NCBI GenBank assembly: GCA_964424265.1
Contig: CAYRHX010000006.1
Location: forward strand, 1 to 57,216
Source of the DNA: an uncultured Candidatus Saccharibacteria bacterium
GTDB lineage: Bacteria > Patescibacteriota > Minisyncoccia > Phycocordibacterales > UBA2100
Direction: 5' to 3'
DNA: 57,216 bases
The notes beneath the pieces were generated by a model, which made no database searches, was not told where the DNA came from, and saw nothing but the letters and a program-made list of their open reading frames with translations. Below, one piece after another: positions 34,351 through 43,801 of this stretch. Numbering within the stretch: position 1 is the stretch's first letter; each line of letters begins with the position of its first letter. A program made the translations under genes and the position numbers.

Positions 34351-35481
34351 TTAGTTTATCGGCTTGAGAGTCATTCTCCTGTCTTTTGGCTCGAAGAAGG
34401 TGATAGTGAATGGGTATACCTTGCCGAGCTCGAGTTTGGCTCGGAGGTCTTCTTCATTTGCAAATTCCGAGACATGCACAAGCCCCGCGACCCCTTCTTC
34501 GATGGAGGCAAGTGCGCCGTGTTTGTTGTATTTGATAACTACAGCTTCCACGCGTTGATCCTTCTTGTATTTCGCGCTGGCCGCCTTCCATGGATCGTCG
34601 AGTAGCGCTTTGATCGAGAGAGAGATCTTGCCGTCTTTGATCTCGATGACCTTCACCTTCACGCGATCACCCGCGCGGTAACGCGTCTTTGGGTTTTCCA
34701 CGAGCGCCCAATCCATTTCAGAAATGTGCACAAGACCTTCGAGGCCTTCTTCGAGCTTCACGAACACGCCAAATTCTGTTGCACCGGTGATGACGCCGTC
34801 GAGCGCGTCGCCGATATGATATTTTTCCACCAGCGAAGAACGCTCTGTAGTGCCAGCGCCTCGCTCGCTGAAGATGAGCTTCTGCTCCTTTGGGCTCGCT
34901 GTGATGACCATGACTTCGATTTTTTGTCCGACCATCTTCTTGAGCTCGACGAAAATCTTGTCTTTATCGCCATCAGGTACGCGCGGATAGTGCGCTGGTG
35001 CGAGCTGGGACGCGGGGAGGAATCCGGCGAGGCCGTTCCACGTAATGATGAGGCCACCCTTATTTGCATCGGTGACAGGAAGCTCGAAGACCGTCTTCTT
35101 CTGCATCGCCTGCTCTGCTTCATTCCAAATGACAGCCTGGCGCGCTTCGCGCAGAGAGACTTCTATGTAGCCATCGGCGTTGTCGAATCCCACGACCTTC
35201 GCGGTCACGGTGTCGCCGATGTTTACATTCTTCAATGCCTCACGAGCTGAGAGGTATTCGCGGCCATAGATGATGCCGGTACCAAACGGCGCGAGGTCGA
35301 TAAATACGCGTGCACGGCCGATCGCGACCACCGGGCCTTCTACCACGTCATCTACTATCGGGGGAGTCGCCGATTTCTCGAGCAACTCTGCCATCGGTCC
35401 CTGCTTTGCCAAGACTTCGGAGGGCATGCCCTCTTCGCCTTCTTCAGTTAAAACAACCTTCTCCTCTTTTTCTTTTACCAT
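34351..35481 (-). CDS. rpsA: 30S ribosomal protein S1 (four S1 domains)
   Basis: 376 aa. Repeated S1-domain pattern (G..V.G.V......G.FV....EGL.H.SE). Confidence 0.9.
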   Translation of the reverse strand: MVKEKEEKVVLTEEGEEGMPSEVLAKQGPMAELLEKSATPPIVDDVVEGPVVAIGRARVFIDLAPFGTGIIYGREYLSAREALKNVNIGDTVTAKVVGFDNADGYIEVSLREARQAVIWNEAEQAMQKKTVFELPVTDANKGGLIITWNGLAGFLPASQLAPAHYPRVPDGDKDKIFVELKKMVGQKIEVMVITASPKEQKLIFSERGAGTTERSSLVEKYHIGDALDGVITGATEFGVFVKLEEGLEGLVHISEMDWALVENPKTRYRAGDRVKVKVIEIKDGKISLSIKALLDDPWKAASAKYKKDQRVEAVVIKYNKHGALASIEEGVAGLVHVSEFANEEDLRAKLELGKVYPFTITFFEPKDRRMTLKPIN

Positions 35482-35640
35482 TGATATTTTGGTCCGGACT
35501 ATCTCGCTTGCGCTACCGTCTCTGAGTGCGAGGAAGTATTACCGAACGCCTATTAATTAATAATCGCCCCTCAGGGCGTATGCACAATATATATGATGAG
35601 TACTCAAGGCGCAAGCTCACGTATAATTTGAAAAACCCGT

Positions 35641-35674
35641 AAAAAAAGAACGTGTACCCGAAGGTAACCGTTCT
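35641..35674 (-). terminator. Rho-independent terminator for a minus-strand transcript coming from the ORF-free region
   Basis: The plus strand reads AAAAAAAGAACGTGTACCCGAAGGTAACCGTTCT. On the minus strand this is AGAACGGTTACC-UUCG-GGTACACGTTCT followed by U7. Confidence 0.6.
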
Positions 35675-35753
35675 TAGGTTGCCCCCGGGCGGGGAATTCT
35701 CTACTAGAGCAACCTATCTCGGAGAATATTCCTTTATTGCAAAAGGTCAAGTG

Positions 35754-36049
35754 AGCAGAAAGTCTGGGTGTGTATAAAAATGGTGGGGGATGGTAGAGCT
35801 GGCCGAAGCGCAGATATCCATCCCCCGGTATTTGGCCTTGCGGCCTTCGGCTCACGAGAGCCGAAATCGTGCGCGGCATGCCGCGCTGGTCCTCTTGCCC
35901 GGGCGCATCAGTGCGCCCGGTATGTTAGCAGCTGTCGATCACTTTTTGCCCACCTCCTTTCCGAATTGGAAAATGCCATTGTCTACGATGATTACGGGCT
36001 CATCGTTGACTCTGGCACCCGCCACGCTACTCTCTCTACTCATTCGTCA
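35754..36049. ncRNA. Candidate structured RNA, module 1 (family unknown, strand unresolved)
   Basis: No credible ORF. Consecutive GC-rich hairpins at 35785-35826, 35834-35845, 35848-35863, 35871-35886 and 35899-35920. Bounded by motif P (GGGTGTGTATAAAAAT, 35766-35781) and motif Q (CGCCACGCTACTCTCTCT..CTCATTCGTCA, 36020-36049), both repeated in module 2. Confidence 0.4.
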
Positions 36050-36198
36050 ATTCTCTCCGCGGAGGATTTTTTGTTATCTAAAAGTATTTACGGTAGAAGC
36101 GGACGATGGATTCGGAAGCTCTGTAATCGGTGTTGTTTGTAACGTGCTATAGCACGTCGTAAACAACACTTCTTACTCGAGACATCGGGGTTAGACAA

Positions 36199-36567
36199 GC
36201 AGAAAAAGTTAGGGTGTGTATAAAAATTGAAAGGTTGCGGCGTCTGGATCGAAGATCCAATACAGTGAGATGTCATCTCACTGTATAAAAAGATCGAAGG
36301 CGGTCCCAAACGGGAGCCGCCTTCTCATCGTCGGGCAGGGTAGGAACCGGGATTACCCCGCCTCCCGGAAAAAAGATCGTATAAGAGGCCCACAAAGTGC
36401 AAATGTTTGTTGGGCTTCCAACCAGATTTGCACCAATGCGTTGGCGTACCAGGCCCACCTCGGTTTTCTTCCTCCATTAAGTTTGCTCCAAGTGCCACGC
36501 ACGGCAGAGAGTGTGCACAACACCGAAGACTGTCGCCACGCTACTCTCTCTCTCTGCTCATTCGTCA
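36199..36567. ncRNA. Candidate structured RNA, module 2 (paralogue of module 1)
   Basis: Motif P at 36212-36227 and motif Q at 36534-36567. The shared internal GCCCACCTC is at 36453-36461 (35948-35956 in module 1). Hairpins at 36261-36285, 36296-36324 and 36397-36433. Confidence 0.4.
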
Positions 36568-36609
36568 GCCATTCGGAGTGGGGTAGGGTTTCTGCTATAC
36601 TGGCAAAAT

Positions 36610-37014
36610 ATGATTGAACACATCAGCAAGCTTTCAGGTGCACAGCAAAATGCACTCGAAAATATCGGTGTGGTTTTGCTCTATCTGCATGGTTCCGTGG
36701 CTTCTGGAAAGGCGCGAAGTGATAGTGATGTCGATGTGGCGGTGCTTTTTGCACAGACTCCGCGCGATACAGTGCAGGCGACCACGAACATCGTCGAGGC
36801 ACTGAGGGGATACGAAAGTCCGCGTGAGATGGATGTTGCGATACTCAATGATGCGAGTCCACTTCTTAAGCAAAGTGTAGCGGCCCACGGAGTGTTACTT
36901 TTTGCACGGAGCGAGCAAGACGATCTTGAGTTTCAAATTCGCACCATGCACGAGTATGAAGCTTCTCGTCGCATTGTTCGTATCGGGCAGGAGGCGATAC
37001 TTGCACGCATATGA
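36610..37014 (+). CDS. MNT-type nucleotidyltransferase (antitoxin of an MNT-HEPN pair)
   Basis: ORF trimmed to ATG 36610 (MIEHISKL...). LYLHGSVASGKARSDSDVDVAVLF fits the GS-x10-D-x-D nucleotidyltransferase motif. Confidence 0.85.
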   Translation: MIEHISKLSGAQQNALENIGVVLLYLHGSVASGKARSDSDVDVAVLFAQTPRDTVQATTNIVEALRGYESPREMDVAILNDASPLLKQSVAAHGVLLFARSEQDDLEFQIRTMHEYEASRRIVRIGQEAILARI

Positions 37015-37433
37015 CCGAATTTGCCAGAGGACAGCTTGCAGAGAAAATCACGCAATGCGCTGAGGCTCTTGCCGATTTGCAGAAGTATCAAGCGGTAGGA
37101 TCGCTCGAATATCTTCGGGCGCATCCCGATACCTACTATGCGGTGTGTTTTCGATTCATTAGTGCGATCGAGTCTCTCTTCGATGTCGGGCAGTACATCC
37201 TCTCAGATCGGGACGTTCGGGCAGAAACGCAACGCGAGATTCCGGCACTTCTTGCTCGAAAGGGCGTAATCGACGAGGGAATAGCCCAGAGATTTGCGAA
37301 TATGTACGGCTTTCGTAATCGGCTCGTGCATGCCTACGGGACGCTTGATGATGCGAAGGTTGCCGATTTTCTCAAAAACAATCTTGGAGATATAGTACAG
37401 ATTCTCGCGACAGCAAAAACTTACTTACAATAA
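37011..37433 (+). CDS. HEPN-domain (DUF86/HepT-like) toxin
   Basis: 140 aa. ATGA overlap with the MNT gene. R-x4-H motif in FRNRLVHAYG. Confidence 0.85.
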   Translation: MTEFARGQLAEKITQCAEALADLQKYQAVGSLEYLRAHPDTYYAVCFRFISAIESLFDVGQYILSDRDVRAETQREIPALLARKGVIDEGIAQRFANMYGFRNRLVHAYGTLDDAKVADFLKNNLGDIVQILATAKTYLQ

Positions 37434-37440
37434 AAATACT

Positions 37441-38061
37441 ATGATTCTCACATTTCACGAAGGGGCATGTATTCGCGCGAGCGCGGGCGACACGACGCTC
37501 GTGTTTGGTCCCGTTTCAAAAGCTTCGAAGAATTTTAAGCCGACCAATTTTGGGGCAGACGTAGCGTTCGTCTCGTTCAATCACCCAGACATGAATGGCA
37601 CTCACGAGGCGGGGCGCGGTGATAAAGAGCCGTTCATTGTTTCTGGCCCTGGTGAATATGAGATAAAGGAATCGACTGTAGCGGGATTCAGCACGGGTTC
37701 TACCTATGGCGGGACGCCGCGCATCAATACCGTTTATTCCGTGGCATTCGACGGTATGTCTATTTTGTACCTTGGTGCGCTCGGCGATCTCGATCTTCCC
37801 GGCGATGTGCTCGAGATGGATTCTCCCGATGTGCTCATCGTGCCGATCGGAGGTAATGGTGTGTTGAATGCGGCGGAGGCGCAGAAGCTTGCGGTGAAGC
37901 TCGAGGCGAAAATCGTGATTCCGATTTTGTACGACGACAAGTCTCTCAAGCAATTTTTGAAAGAATCGGGAGAAGAGAATGTAAAACCGGTCGACAAACT
38001 GACGATCAAGCCGCGTGATCTTGTGGGTAAGGAGAATGATGTGGTTGTCCTCAGTTCATAG
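37441..38061 (+). CDS. MBL-fold (beta-lactamase-like) protein with a degenerate metal motif
   Basis: 206 aa. Overall UPF0173/MBL-like layout (TLVFGP...VAFVSFNHPDMNG...VIPILYD), but the canonical HxHxDH is replaced by NHPDMN. Confidence 0.55.
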   Translation: MILTFHEGACIRASAGDTTLVFGPVSKASKNFKPTNFGADVAFVSFNHPDMNGTHEAGRGDKEPFIVSGPGEYEIKESTVAGFSTGSTYGGTPRINTVYSVAFDGMSILYLGALGDLDLPGDVLEMDSPDVLIVPIGGNGVLNAAEAQKLAVKLEAKIVIPILYDDKSLKQFLKESGEENVKPVDKLTIKPRDLVGKENDVVVLSS

Positions 38062-38137
38062 CGCAGATATTTCAAATCTCGCCTACCGATGCGTTACAAT
38101 TCTCGTATACGTGGGGTGTGTCCACGAGTAGTTTCTT

Positions 38138-38554
38138 ATGGTAGTACGGAAAGCAATTCATCACATGCGGCAACAGCCAGATGCGGATAAGTATGCCGTT
38201 GCGAGCGGGATTGCGTTTGGGGTTGTTGCCCTGCTTTTTCTGGGCTGGGCGGTTATTTTTTTCAGAAGCATTCAGGGTAGTCTGCCCGCCGCAGTGTCTC
38301 CAGCAAGCGAAGAAATATTCGATGCGATTAATCGTGTGAGCAATGCTCCTGTGGTGCCGCCACAGCTGCCAGACACCTATCTGCCGATCGCGGAGCCTTC
38401 TCACGCTGATGCATCTTCAGGCCCCTCTCCCACATCCGCACAACAAAAATCGTACGAAGATTTGATGAGGGAGGATGAGGCAGCGATGCGAGCGCTCCGA
38501 GGCGACATCGTCCTTCCAAAGCCCGGCGCCACGACCTCGCCCACGGGTCTGTAG
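38138..38554 (+). CDS. Hypothetical single-pass membrane protein
   Basis: 138 aa. One TM ([18 protein letters not shown]) followed by a low-complexity Pro/Ser-rich tail. Confidence 0.4.
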   Translation: MVVRKAIHHMRQQPDADKYAVASGIAFGVVALLFLGWAVIFFRSIQGSLPAAVSPASEEIFDAINRVSNAPVVPPQLPDTYLPIAEPSHADASSGPSPTSAQQKSYEDLMREDEAAMRALRGDIVLPKPGATTSPTGL

Positions 38555-38618
38555 ACTCCCTTTTGAGCCTCTTTTGACTGGCGCTGAGGCCGGTTTTCTG
38601 CTATTATTGATCCCACTT

Positions 38619-41120
38619 ATGGCACGCAAAAACGAGGAAAAGGAGCCAGCTGACGCGGTGCCAAGACGAACCGAGGGGGTAATCTCCCGAAGCATCACGA
38701 CCGAAATGCGCGAATCGTATCTCGACTATGCGATGTCGGTGATCACGGCTCGCGCGCTTCCTGATGTGCGCGACGGGCTGAAGCCGGTGCACCGCCGGAT
38801 TTTGTACGCGATGCAAGAGGCGGGACTCACAGTATCTGCGAAGACCCGAAAATCAGCGACAGTGGTAGGCGATGTGCTCGGCAAATACCACCCGCACGGC
38901 GATGCGTCTGTCTATGATGCGATGGTGAAAATGGCGCAGGATTTTACGATGCGCTATCCGCTTATCGTTGGGCAAGGCAACTTCGGCTCGATCGACGGCG
39001 ATGGAGCGGCGGCTTACCGATACACGGAAGCCAAGATGTCGCGACTCGCGGGCGAAATGATGCGCGATATCGACAAAGAGACTGTGCTTTTCACTCCTAA
39101 CTACGACAACACCAAGATGGAGCCATCTGTCTTGCCTGCGGCAACGCCCAATTTGCTTTTGAACGGCACGCTCGGGATCGCGGTCGGTATGGCGACCAAC
39201 ATCCCGCCACACAACTTGCGCGAAGTGTGCACAGCGTCCATTCACCTTATTGAGAATCCGGGTGCGACGACCGACGACCTTTTGCAGTTCGTACAGGGGC
39301 CAGATTTCCCTACGGGCTGCATCGCGTTTAATCAAAAAGACATTGCGCACGCGTATGCGACAGGCCGCGGAGGCGTGGTCGTGCGCGGAGACGCCGAAAT
39401 CGTGGAAGGGAAGAAGGGGGACTACCAAATCATCGTCACCTCGATCCCTTTTCGCGTCAACAAATCCGATCTGCTCACGAAAATCGCCGACCTTGTGCAC
39501 GAAAAGAAGCTCGAAGGCATCCGCGACATCCGCGATGAATCGACCAAAGACATTCGGATTGTGATCGAGCTCAAGAACAACGCAAACGCGCAGACCGTTT
39601 TGAATTATCTCTACAAGCACACGCAAATCGAGGAAACCTTCCACTACAATGTCGTGGCGCTCGTCGATGGCGTCCCGCAGACGCTCTCACTCAAGGCTTT
39701 GCTCGAATATTTCATCGCGCACCGTAAAGATGTGGTAACAAAGCGCGCGCGATACGATCTCAAGGTGGCGCAAGCCCGCGAGCATATATTGCTCGGTCTC
39801 AAGAAGGCGCTCGATCATATCGACGAAATCATTAAACTCATCAAGAAGAGCAAGGATGTGGATGAGGCGCGGACGGGCCTCATGAAAGTGTTTAAATTTT
39901 CCGAAATTCAGGCACAGGCGATTCTCGACATGCGTCTGCAAAAGCTTGCGGGCCTCGAGCGCAAGAAGATCGAAGATGAATTGAAAGAGGTGCAGGCGCT
40001 CATCGAGGAGCTCACGGCCCTTTTGAAGAGTGAGAAGAAGCTTATGGAGCTCATCAAGAAGGAGATTCGCGAAGTGATCGAAAAATATGGCGACGATCGC
40101 CGCACGAAAATTGTGAAGCGCGGAGCCACGATCCTTTCGGCGGAAGATTTGATCGCCGACGAGGAGTCGGTGCTCGTGCTGACGCAAGGCGGCTACATCA
40201 AGCGGACGAATCCGAGCGAATACCGCCGTCAAAAGCGCGGAGGAGTGGGTGTCGTCGATCTCGATACAAAGGAGGAAGATTTTGTTACTCAATTTTTGAC
40301 CGCGAGCGCGCACAGCGACCTCCTTTTCTTCTCCGATCGCGGCAAGGTGTATCAGCTCAAAATGTATGATTTGCCGGAAGGGAAGCGTGCCACGAAAGGC
40401 AAGTCCATCATGAATTTCATTTCGCTCGAGCAAGGCGAACAAATCACCTCGATTCTCGCGATGCCAAAGGAGAAGAAGGCCGTCGATGGGCTCTCGCTCC
40501 TCATGGTGACGCGGGGTGGTACGGTGAAGCGCGTCGCGGCTTCACAATTTCACGAAGTGCGTCGTAGCGGATTGATCGCCATCGGACTCGACAAGGGTGA
40601 CGCGCTTATTTCCGCTCAGTTTGTATATACAGGAGACGATGTGGTGCTTGCGACATCGAAAGGGCAGGCGATCCGTTTTGCCGCCAAGGATGTGCGCGAG
40701 ATGGGCCGACAGGCTGCGGGTGTGCGCGGAATGAAGCTGAAAAGTGGCGATTCAATAGTGGGCTCAGGCGTCGTTCCCAAATCTGCGAAGGATGCCGAGT
40801 TGCTCGTGCTTTCATCGACCGGTTACGGTAAGAAAACTAAACTCACCGGATACAAAACGCAGGGAAGAGGCGGAGGCGGCATGAAGACTATGTCGATCAC
40901 GCCCAAGACCAAACAGCTCGTGGGAGGCGCCGTTGTTTTGGCTCCCGGCGGCGAGCTTGTTGCGATGTCCAAAAAGAGTCAGACGATCCGCACGGGACTC
41001 GATGAGATCCCCACGCTTTCCCGCGCGACCCAAGGCGTACGCGTAATGAAAATGCGCGAAGGCGATCAGGTAGCCTCGTTTGTGGTGTTTGAATCAACAG
41101 AAGGATCCTCACAGCTATAA
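38619..41120 (+). CDS. gyrA: DNA gyrase subunit A
   Basis: ORF trimmed to ATG 38619. [37 protein letters not shown], catalytic [10 protein letters not shown], and C-terminal beta-pinwheel repeats. No gyrB is adjacent. Confidence 0.95.
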   Translation: MARKNEEKEPADAVPRRTEGVISRSITTEMRESYLDYAMSVITARALPDVRDGLKPVHRRILYAMQEAGLTVSAKTRKSATVVGDVLGKYHPHGDASVYDAMVKMAQDFTMRYPLIVGQGNFGSIDGDGAAAYRYTEAKMSRLAGEMMRDIDKETVLFTPNYDNTKMEPSVLPAATPNLLLNGTLGIAVGMATNIPPHNLREVCTASIHLIENPGATTDDLLQFVQGPDFPTGCIAFNQKDIAHAYATGRGGVVVRGDAEIVEGKKGDYQIIVTSIPFRVNKSDLLTKIADLVHEKKLEGIRDIRDESTKDIRIVIELKNNANAQTVLNYLYKHTQIEETFHYNVVALVDGVPQTLSLKALLEYFIAHRKDVVTKRARYDLKVAQAREHILLGLKKALDHIDEIIKLIKKSKDVDEARTGLMKVFKFSEIQAQAILDMRLQKLAGLERKKIEDELKEVQALIEELTALLKSEKKLMELIKKEIREVIEKYGDDRRTKIVKRGATILSAEDLIADEESVLVLTQGGYIKRTNPSEYRRQKRGGVGVVDLDTKEEDFVTQFLTASAHSDLLFFSDRGKVYQLKMYDLPEGKRATKGKSIMNFISLEQGEQITSILAMPKEKKAVDGLSLLMVTRGGTVKRVAASQFHEVRRSGLIAIGLDKGDALISAQFVYTGDDVVLATSKGQAIRFAAKDVREMGRQAAGVRGMKLKSGDSIVGSGVVPKSAKDAELLVLSSTGYGKKTKLTGYKTQGRGGGGMKTMSITPKTKQLVGGAVVLAPGGELVAMSKKSQTIRTGLDEIPTLSRATQGVRVMKMREGDQVASFVVFESTEGSSQL

Positions 41121-41170
41121 CGACCTACGATGTCGTTAGAGATACCATAACGACATCGTAGGTCGTTATG
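41118..41170. repeat. REP doublet: two inverted copies of the TAACGAC-N7-GTCGTTA hairpin
   Basis: TAACGACCTACGATGTCGTTA (41118-41138, overlapping the gyrA stop) and CATAACGACATCGTAGGTCGTTATG (41146-41170). The cores are exact reverse complements of each other, so the pair forms one long palindrome. Confidence 0.7.
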
Positions 41171-41174
41171 CGAG

Positions 41175-41858
41175 TTATTCGAGAAAGCGGACGGGGAAGG
41201 ATTCGTTGGAGTGCTTACTCATACTGCCGAGATACGCGGTCGTCTCTTTCTCAATGTTTCCGATCGACGCTTTGAAAAAATCAGTTGTAAGAATCGATGG
41301 AAAATTTCGACGTCCGCAATAGTCTGCATAACTACTCCACCGATAGTGGCGCAGCTGATCTTTCGCCTTTGCGGAATCGACGATCCGGGCGCTTCTCCAG
41401 GATTGAGCTCCGGAGACGTAGTCGAGGGGATTCAGGTGAATATAGTGCAAAATGTGCAGAAAATGAGTCTCCGAGTGAATATGTACTTTCTTTGTGCGAC
41501 CTTGGAAGACGTAACCACTGCGCCGGTATCGCGCGTTAAAGTATTTCGCATAACCCACATTCAATTTTCTAATAAAGGTCGTTATGCCGTTGTCGACAAG
41601 TTCTGAGAGAAGAAGGTGATAGTGGTTTTTCATGATGCACCATCCGTGGATATTTACGACGCGTCCTTTCCCATAACGACCTCGTATGTCGTTAATTTCT
41701 TCCATTTCATGTTCAAGGAGATAGGTGGTGTTATTGGCAGGGCGTGCGGTGTTGAACAATCCCAGGCCGTGAACGAATCTAAACCGATCACGATCGTCGA
41801 GAAAAATATTTCGCTTCTCGACCCCCCTGTTGAGCACATGGTAAAGTTCCACCAGCAA
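41175..41858 (-). CDS. REP-associated tyrosine transposase (RAYT; IS200/IS605 Y1-transposase superfamily)
   Basis: 227 aa (TTG start as called; a GTG two codons later is also possible). YHVLNRG...IF, HUH motif NHYHLLL, catalytic Tyr region HYIHLNPL. Flanked by REP hairpins on both sides. Confidence 0.85.
   Translation of the reverse strand: MLVELYHVLNRGVEKRNIFLDDRDRFRFVHGLGLFNTARPANNTTYLLEHEMEEINDIRGRYGKGRVVNIHGWCIMKNHYHLLLSELVDNGITTFIRKLNVGYAKYFNARYRRSGYVFQGRTKKVHIHSETHFLHILHYIHLNPLDYVSGAQSWRSARIVDSAKAKDQLRHYRWSSYADYCGRRNFPSILTTDFFKASIGNIEKETTAYLGSMSKHSNESFPVRFLE
41673..41694. repeat. REP hairpin copy inside the RAYT coding sequence
   Basis: ATAACGACCTCGTATGTCGTTA is identical to the first 22 nt of the copy at 41864-41886. 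On the coding strand it encodes ...NDIRGRYG... Confidence 0.6.
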
Positions 41859-41863
41859 AGTAT

Positions 41864-41886
41864 ATAACGACCTCGTATGTCGTTAT
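41864..41886. repeat. REP hairpin immediately upstream of the RAYT start
   Basis: ATAACGAC-CTCGTAT-GTCGTTAT, 6 nt from the called start codon. Confidence 0.7.
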
Positions 41887-41939
41887 GAGGTGTTGATGGG
41901 GTCGTGTGGACAGGTAAGTTAGCGGTATAATGCTACGTA

Positions 41940-42512
41940 ATGCAAACGCAGTCACCGTTACATACGGCAGGTTTCGCGCATCCGCGTCGCAACGTCGCAG
42001 CACTCGGTGTGAAGCCTGGGATGTCGGTTGCTGATTTTGGATCCGGAAGCGGTATCTATGTGCTCCATATTGCGGAGGCGCTCGAGCATCGTGGTCACGT
42101 GTATGCGATCGATATTCAGCGGGACCTGCTTCAACGAATCAAAAATGAGGCGCATCGACGCGGATTTCAAAATGTGGAGATCATCTGGACAGACCTCGAG
42201 TACGCTGGATCTTCCAAGCTTGCCGATGCATCTATAGACATTGTTCTCATATCCAATCTGCTTTTCCAGGTCCATAATAAGGCGGCTCTCTTCAGAGAAG
42301 CGCTTCGCATACTTCGTCCGAGCGGACAGCTTGTCGTCATCGACTGGCGAGAGTCTTTCGGCGGTATGGGGCCACGAAAGGAAGATGTTGTCTCGAAAGA
42401 TGCAGCTGAAGCGCTCGCGCACGCAGAGGGTTTTGAGCCGGTGCGCTCATTTCCCGCAGGCGCACACCATTATGGGATTATCTTTCGTCCAAGCACGAAG
42501 AAAACGATATGA
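41940..42512 (+). CDS. Class I SAM-dependent methyltransferase
   Basis: 190 aa. Motif I VADFGSGSGIY, motif II-like DIVLISNLL, and RPSGQLVVIDW. Confidence 0.75.
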   Translation: MQTQSPLHTAGFAHPRRNVAALGVKPGMSVADFGSGSGIYVLHIAEALEHRGHVYAIDIQRDLLQRIKNEAHRRGFQNVEIIWTDLEYAGSSKLADASIDIVLISNLLFQVHNKAALFREALRILRPSGQLVVIDWRESFGGMGPRKEDVVSKDAAEALAHAEGFEPVRSFPAGAHHYGIIFRPSTKKTI

Positions 42513-43801
42513 ATAAGCCCTCAGTATTTCGAATGGTCCTCTTGATTTTGTTCGGAGCGTTTACCGTGGCCGGAGTCCTTGTCTTTGCGCTCTTTGTGGG
42601 AAACGGCAGTAGTGCTACGATCAGCCCCGTCACTGTTTGGGGCACGCTCGATGAGGGCGCGTTCCAAGACCTTGTGCGTCGCCAAGCAGAAAACCATGGT
42701 CAGCTCGCATCGCTTACGTACGTGCAAAAAGATCCTGAGACGTACGAGCGTGCTCTTACCAATGCACTTGCAAATGGTGAGGGGCCAGATCTCTTCATCC
42801 TTCGACAAGATCAAGTCATACGAAATGCGGGTAAGACCTTCGTCATCCCATTCGACATGTATCCACGAGATCAATTCGAGAACACTTTCGTGGAAGCAGC
42901 AAAACCCTTCTACACGCCGCTTGGCGTAGTCGGCATCCCCCTTGTGGCAGATCCTCTCGTCCTCTATTGGAATAAAGACCTGCTCGCGGCGGCGGGGTTT
43001 GCGCAGGCGCCGAAATATTGGGACGAGCTTTTCAACATATCGCAGAAGATTACGATCAAAGACGATTCGGGCACTATCAAGCGCTCTGCCGTCGCAATGG
43101 GTGAATACAAAAATGTGACGAATGCAAAAGATCTGCTCGCTACGCTCATTCTCCAAGCGGGTGGAACGATCACAGCGAGAGATAGCGCAGGAACCCTGAT
43201 CTCAGCCCTCGGGAGAGACGAAGGGAATGCCAGCCCTACTGTGTCCGCGCTGAGGTACTATAGTGACTTTGCCGATTCATCGAAAGAAATCTATACCTGG
43301 AATCGATCACTTCCGGATGCAGCGCGCGCTTTTGGCAGCGGGGATCTTGCCCTGTATGTCGGATACGCAAGCGAGGAGTCTGTGATCCGGGGCTCGAACT
43401 CCAATCTGAACTACGCCGTAGCGCCTCTTCCTCAGATCCGATCCGGCGCGCCGATGACCGTGGCACGGGTGTATGGGGTGGCGGTGTCTCGCACCGGGAA
43501 AAATGTGAACAATGCGATCACCGCCGCATTCTTGCTTGCCTCATCTGATTCCGCAACGACACTTTCGAGTGGGCTTGGTATATCGAGTGCGCGGCGAGAC
43601 CTTGTGAGCATATCTTCAGGAGGAAATGCAGAGCTTTACAACAAGCAGGTAATCATCGCTCGTTCCTGGATGGATCCTGATCCTGAGGGGACGGCGGAGG
43701 TATTTCGCGGTATGATCGAAAACACCACGAGCGGGCTGCTTCTCATCAACGAGGCCGTGAAGCGCGCGGATCAAGAGCTCTCGCAGGTGTTAAGTATATG
43801 A
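42509..43801 (+). CDS. Membrane-anchored extracellular solute-binding-protein-like protein (ABC SBP family 1-like)
   Basis: 430 aa. ATGA overlap with the upstream gene. N-terminal TM anchor. GPDLFI, PLVLYWNKDLL, KYWDEL and LALYVGY segments are typical of sugar-type SBPs. No permease or ATPase genes are nearby. Confidence 0.7.
   Translation: MNKPSVFRMVLLILFGAFTVAGVLVFALFVGNGSSATISPVTVWGTLDEGAFQDLVRRQAENHGQLASLTYVQKDPETYERALTNALANGEGPDLFILRQDQVIRNAGKTFVIPFDMYPRDQFENTFVEAAKPFYTPLGVVGIPLVADPLVLYWNKDLLAAAGFAQAPKYWDELFNISQKITIKDDSGTIKRSAVAMGEYKNVTNAKDLLATLILQAGGTITARDSAGTLISALGRDEGNASPTVSALRYYSDFADSSKEIYTWNRSLPDAARAFGSGDLALYVGYASEESVIRGSNSNLNYAVAPLPQIRSGAPMTVARVYGVAVSRTGKNVNNAITAAFLLASSDSATTLSSGLGISSARRDLVSISSGGNAELYNKQVIIARSWMDPDPEGTAEVFRGMIENTTSGLLLINEAVKRADQELSQVLSI

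Noticed and set aside
35754-36049. Possible RNase P RNA, because of GCAAGGCCAAATA on the minus strand (resembles the conserved CR-III stretch) and GCAGAAAGTCTGGG on the plus strand (resembles GAGGAAAGTCCGGGC)
   Set aside because: The two resemblances lie on opposite strands. Neither strand has both P4 halves (GGAAAGUCCGGGC and ACAGAACCCGGCUUA) or the GGUAA/GUGAAA modules. GGCCGCAAGGCC is more simply a GNRA-capped hairpin. I also found no tmRNA ends (GGGG...CCACCA with a T-arm) and no SRP GGAA-loop core. A covariance-model scan is still needed.
36054-36072. Plus-strand rho-independent terminator after RNA module 1 (TCTCCGCGGAGGATTTTTT)
   Set aside because: CTCCGCGGAG is a loop-less palindrome, so only about 3-4 bp can actually form around a CGCG loop. 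It is too weak to list as a feature and is kept only as a caveat in the strand discussion.
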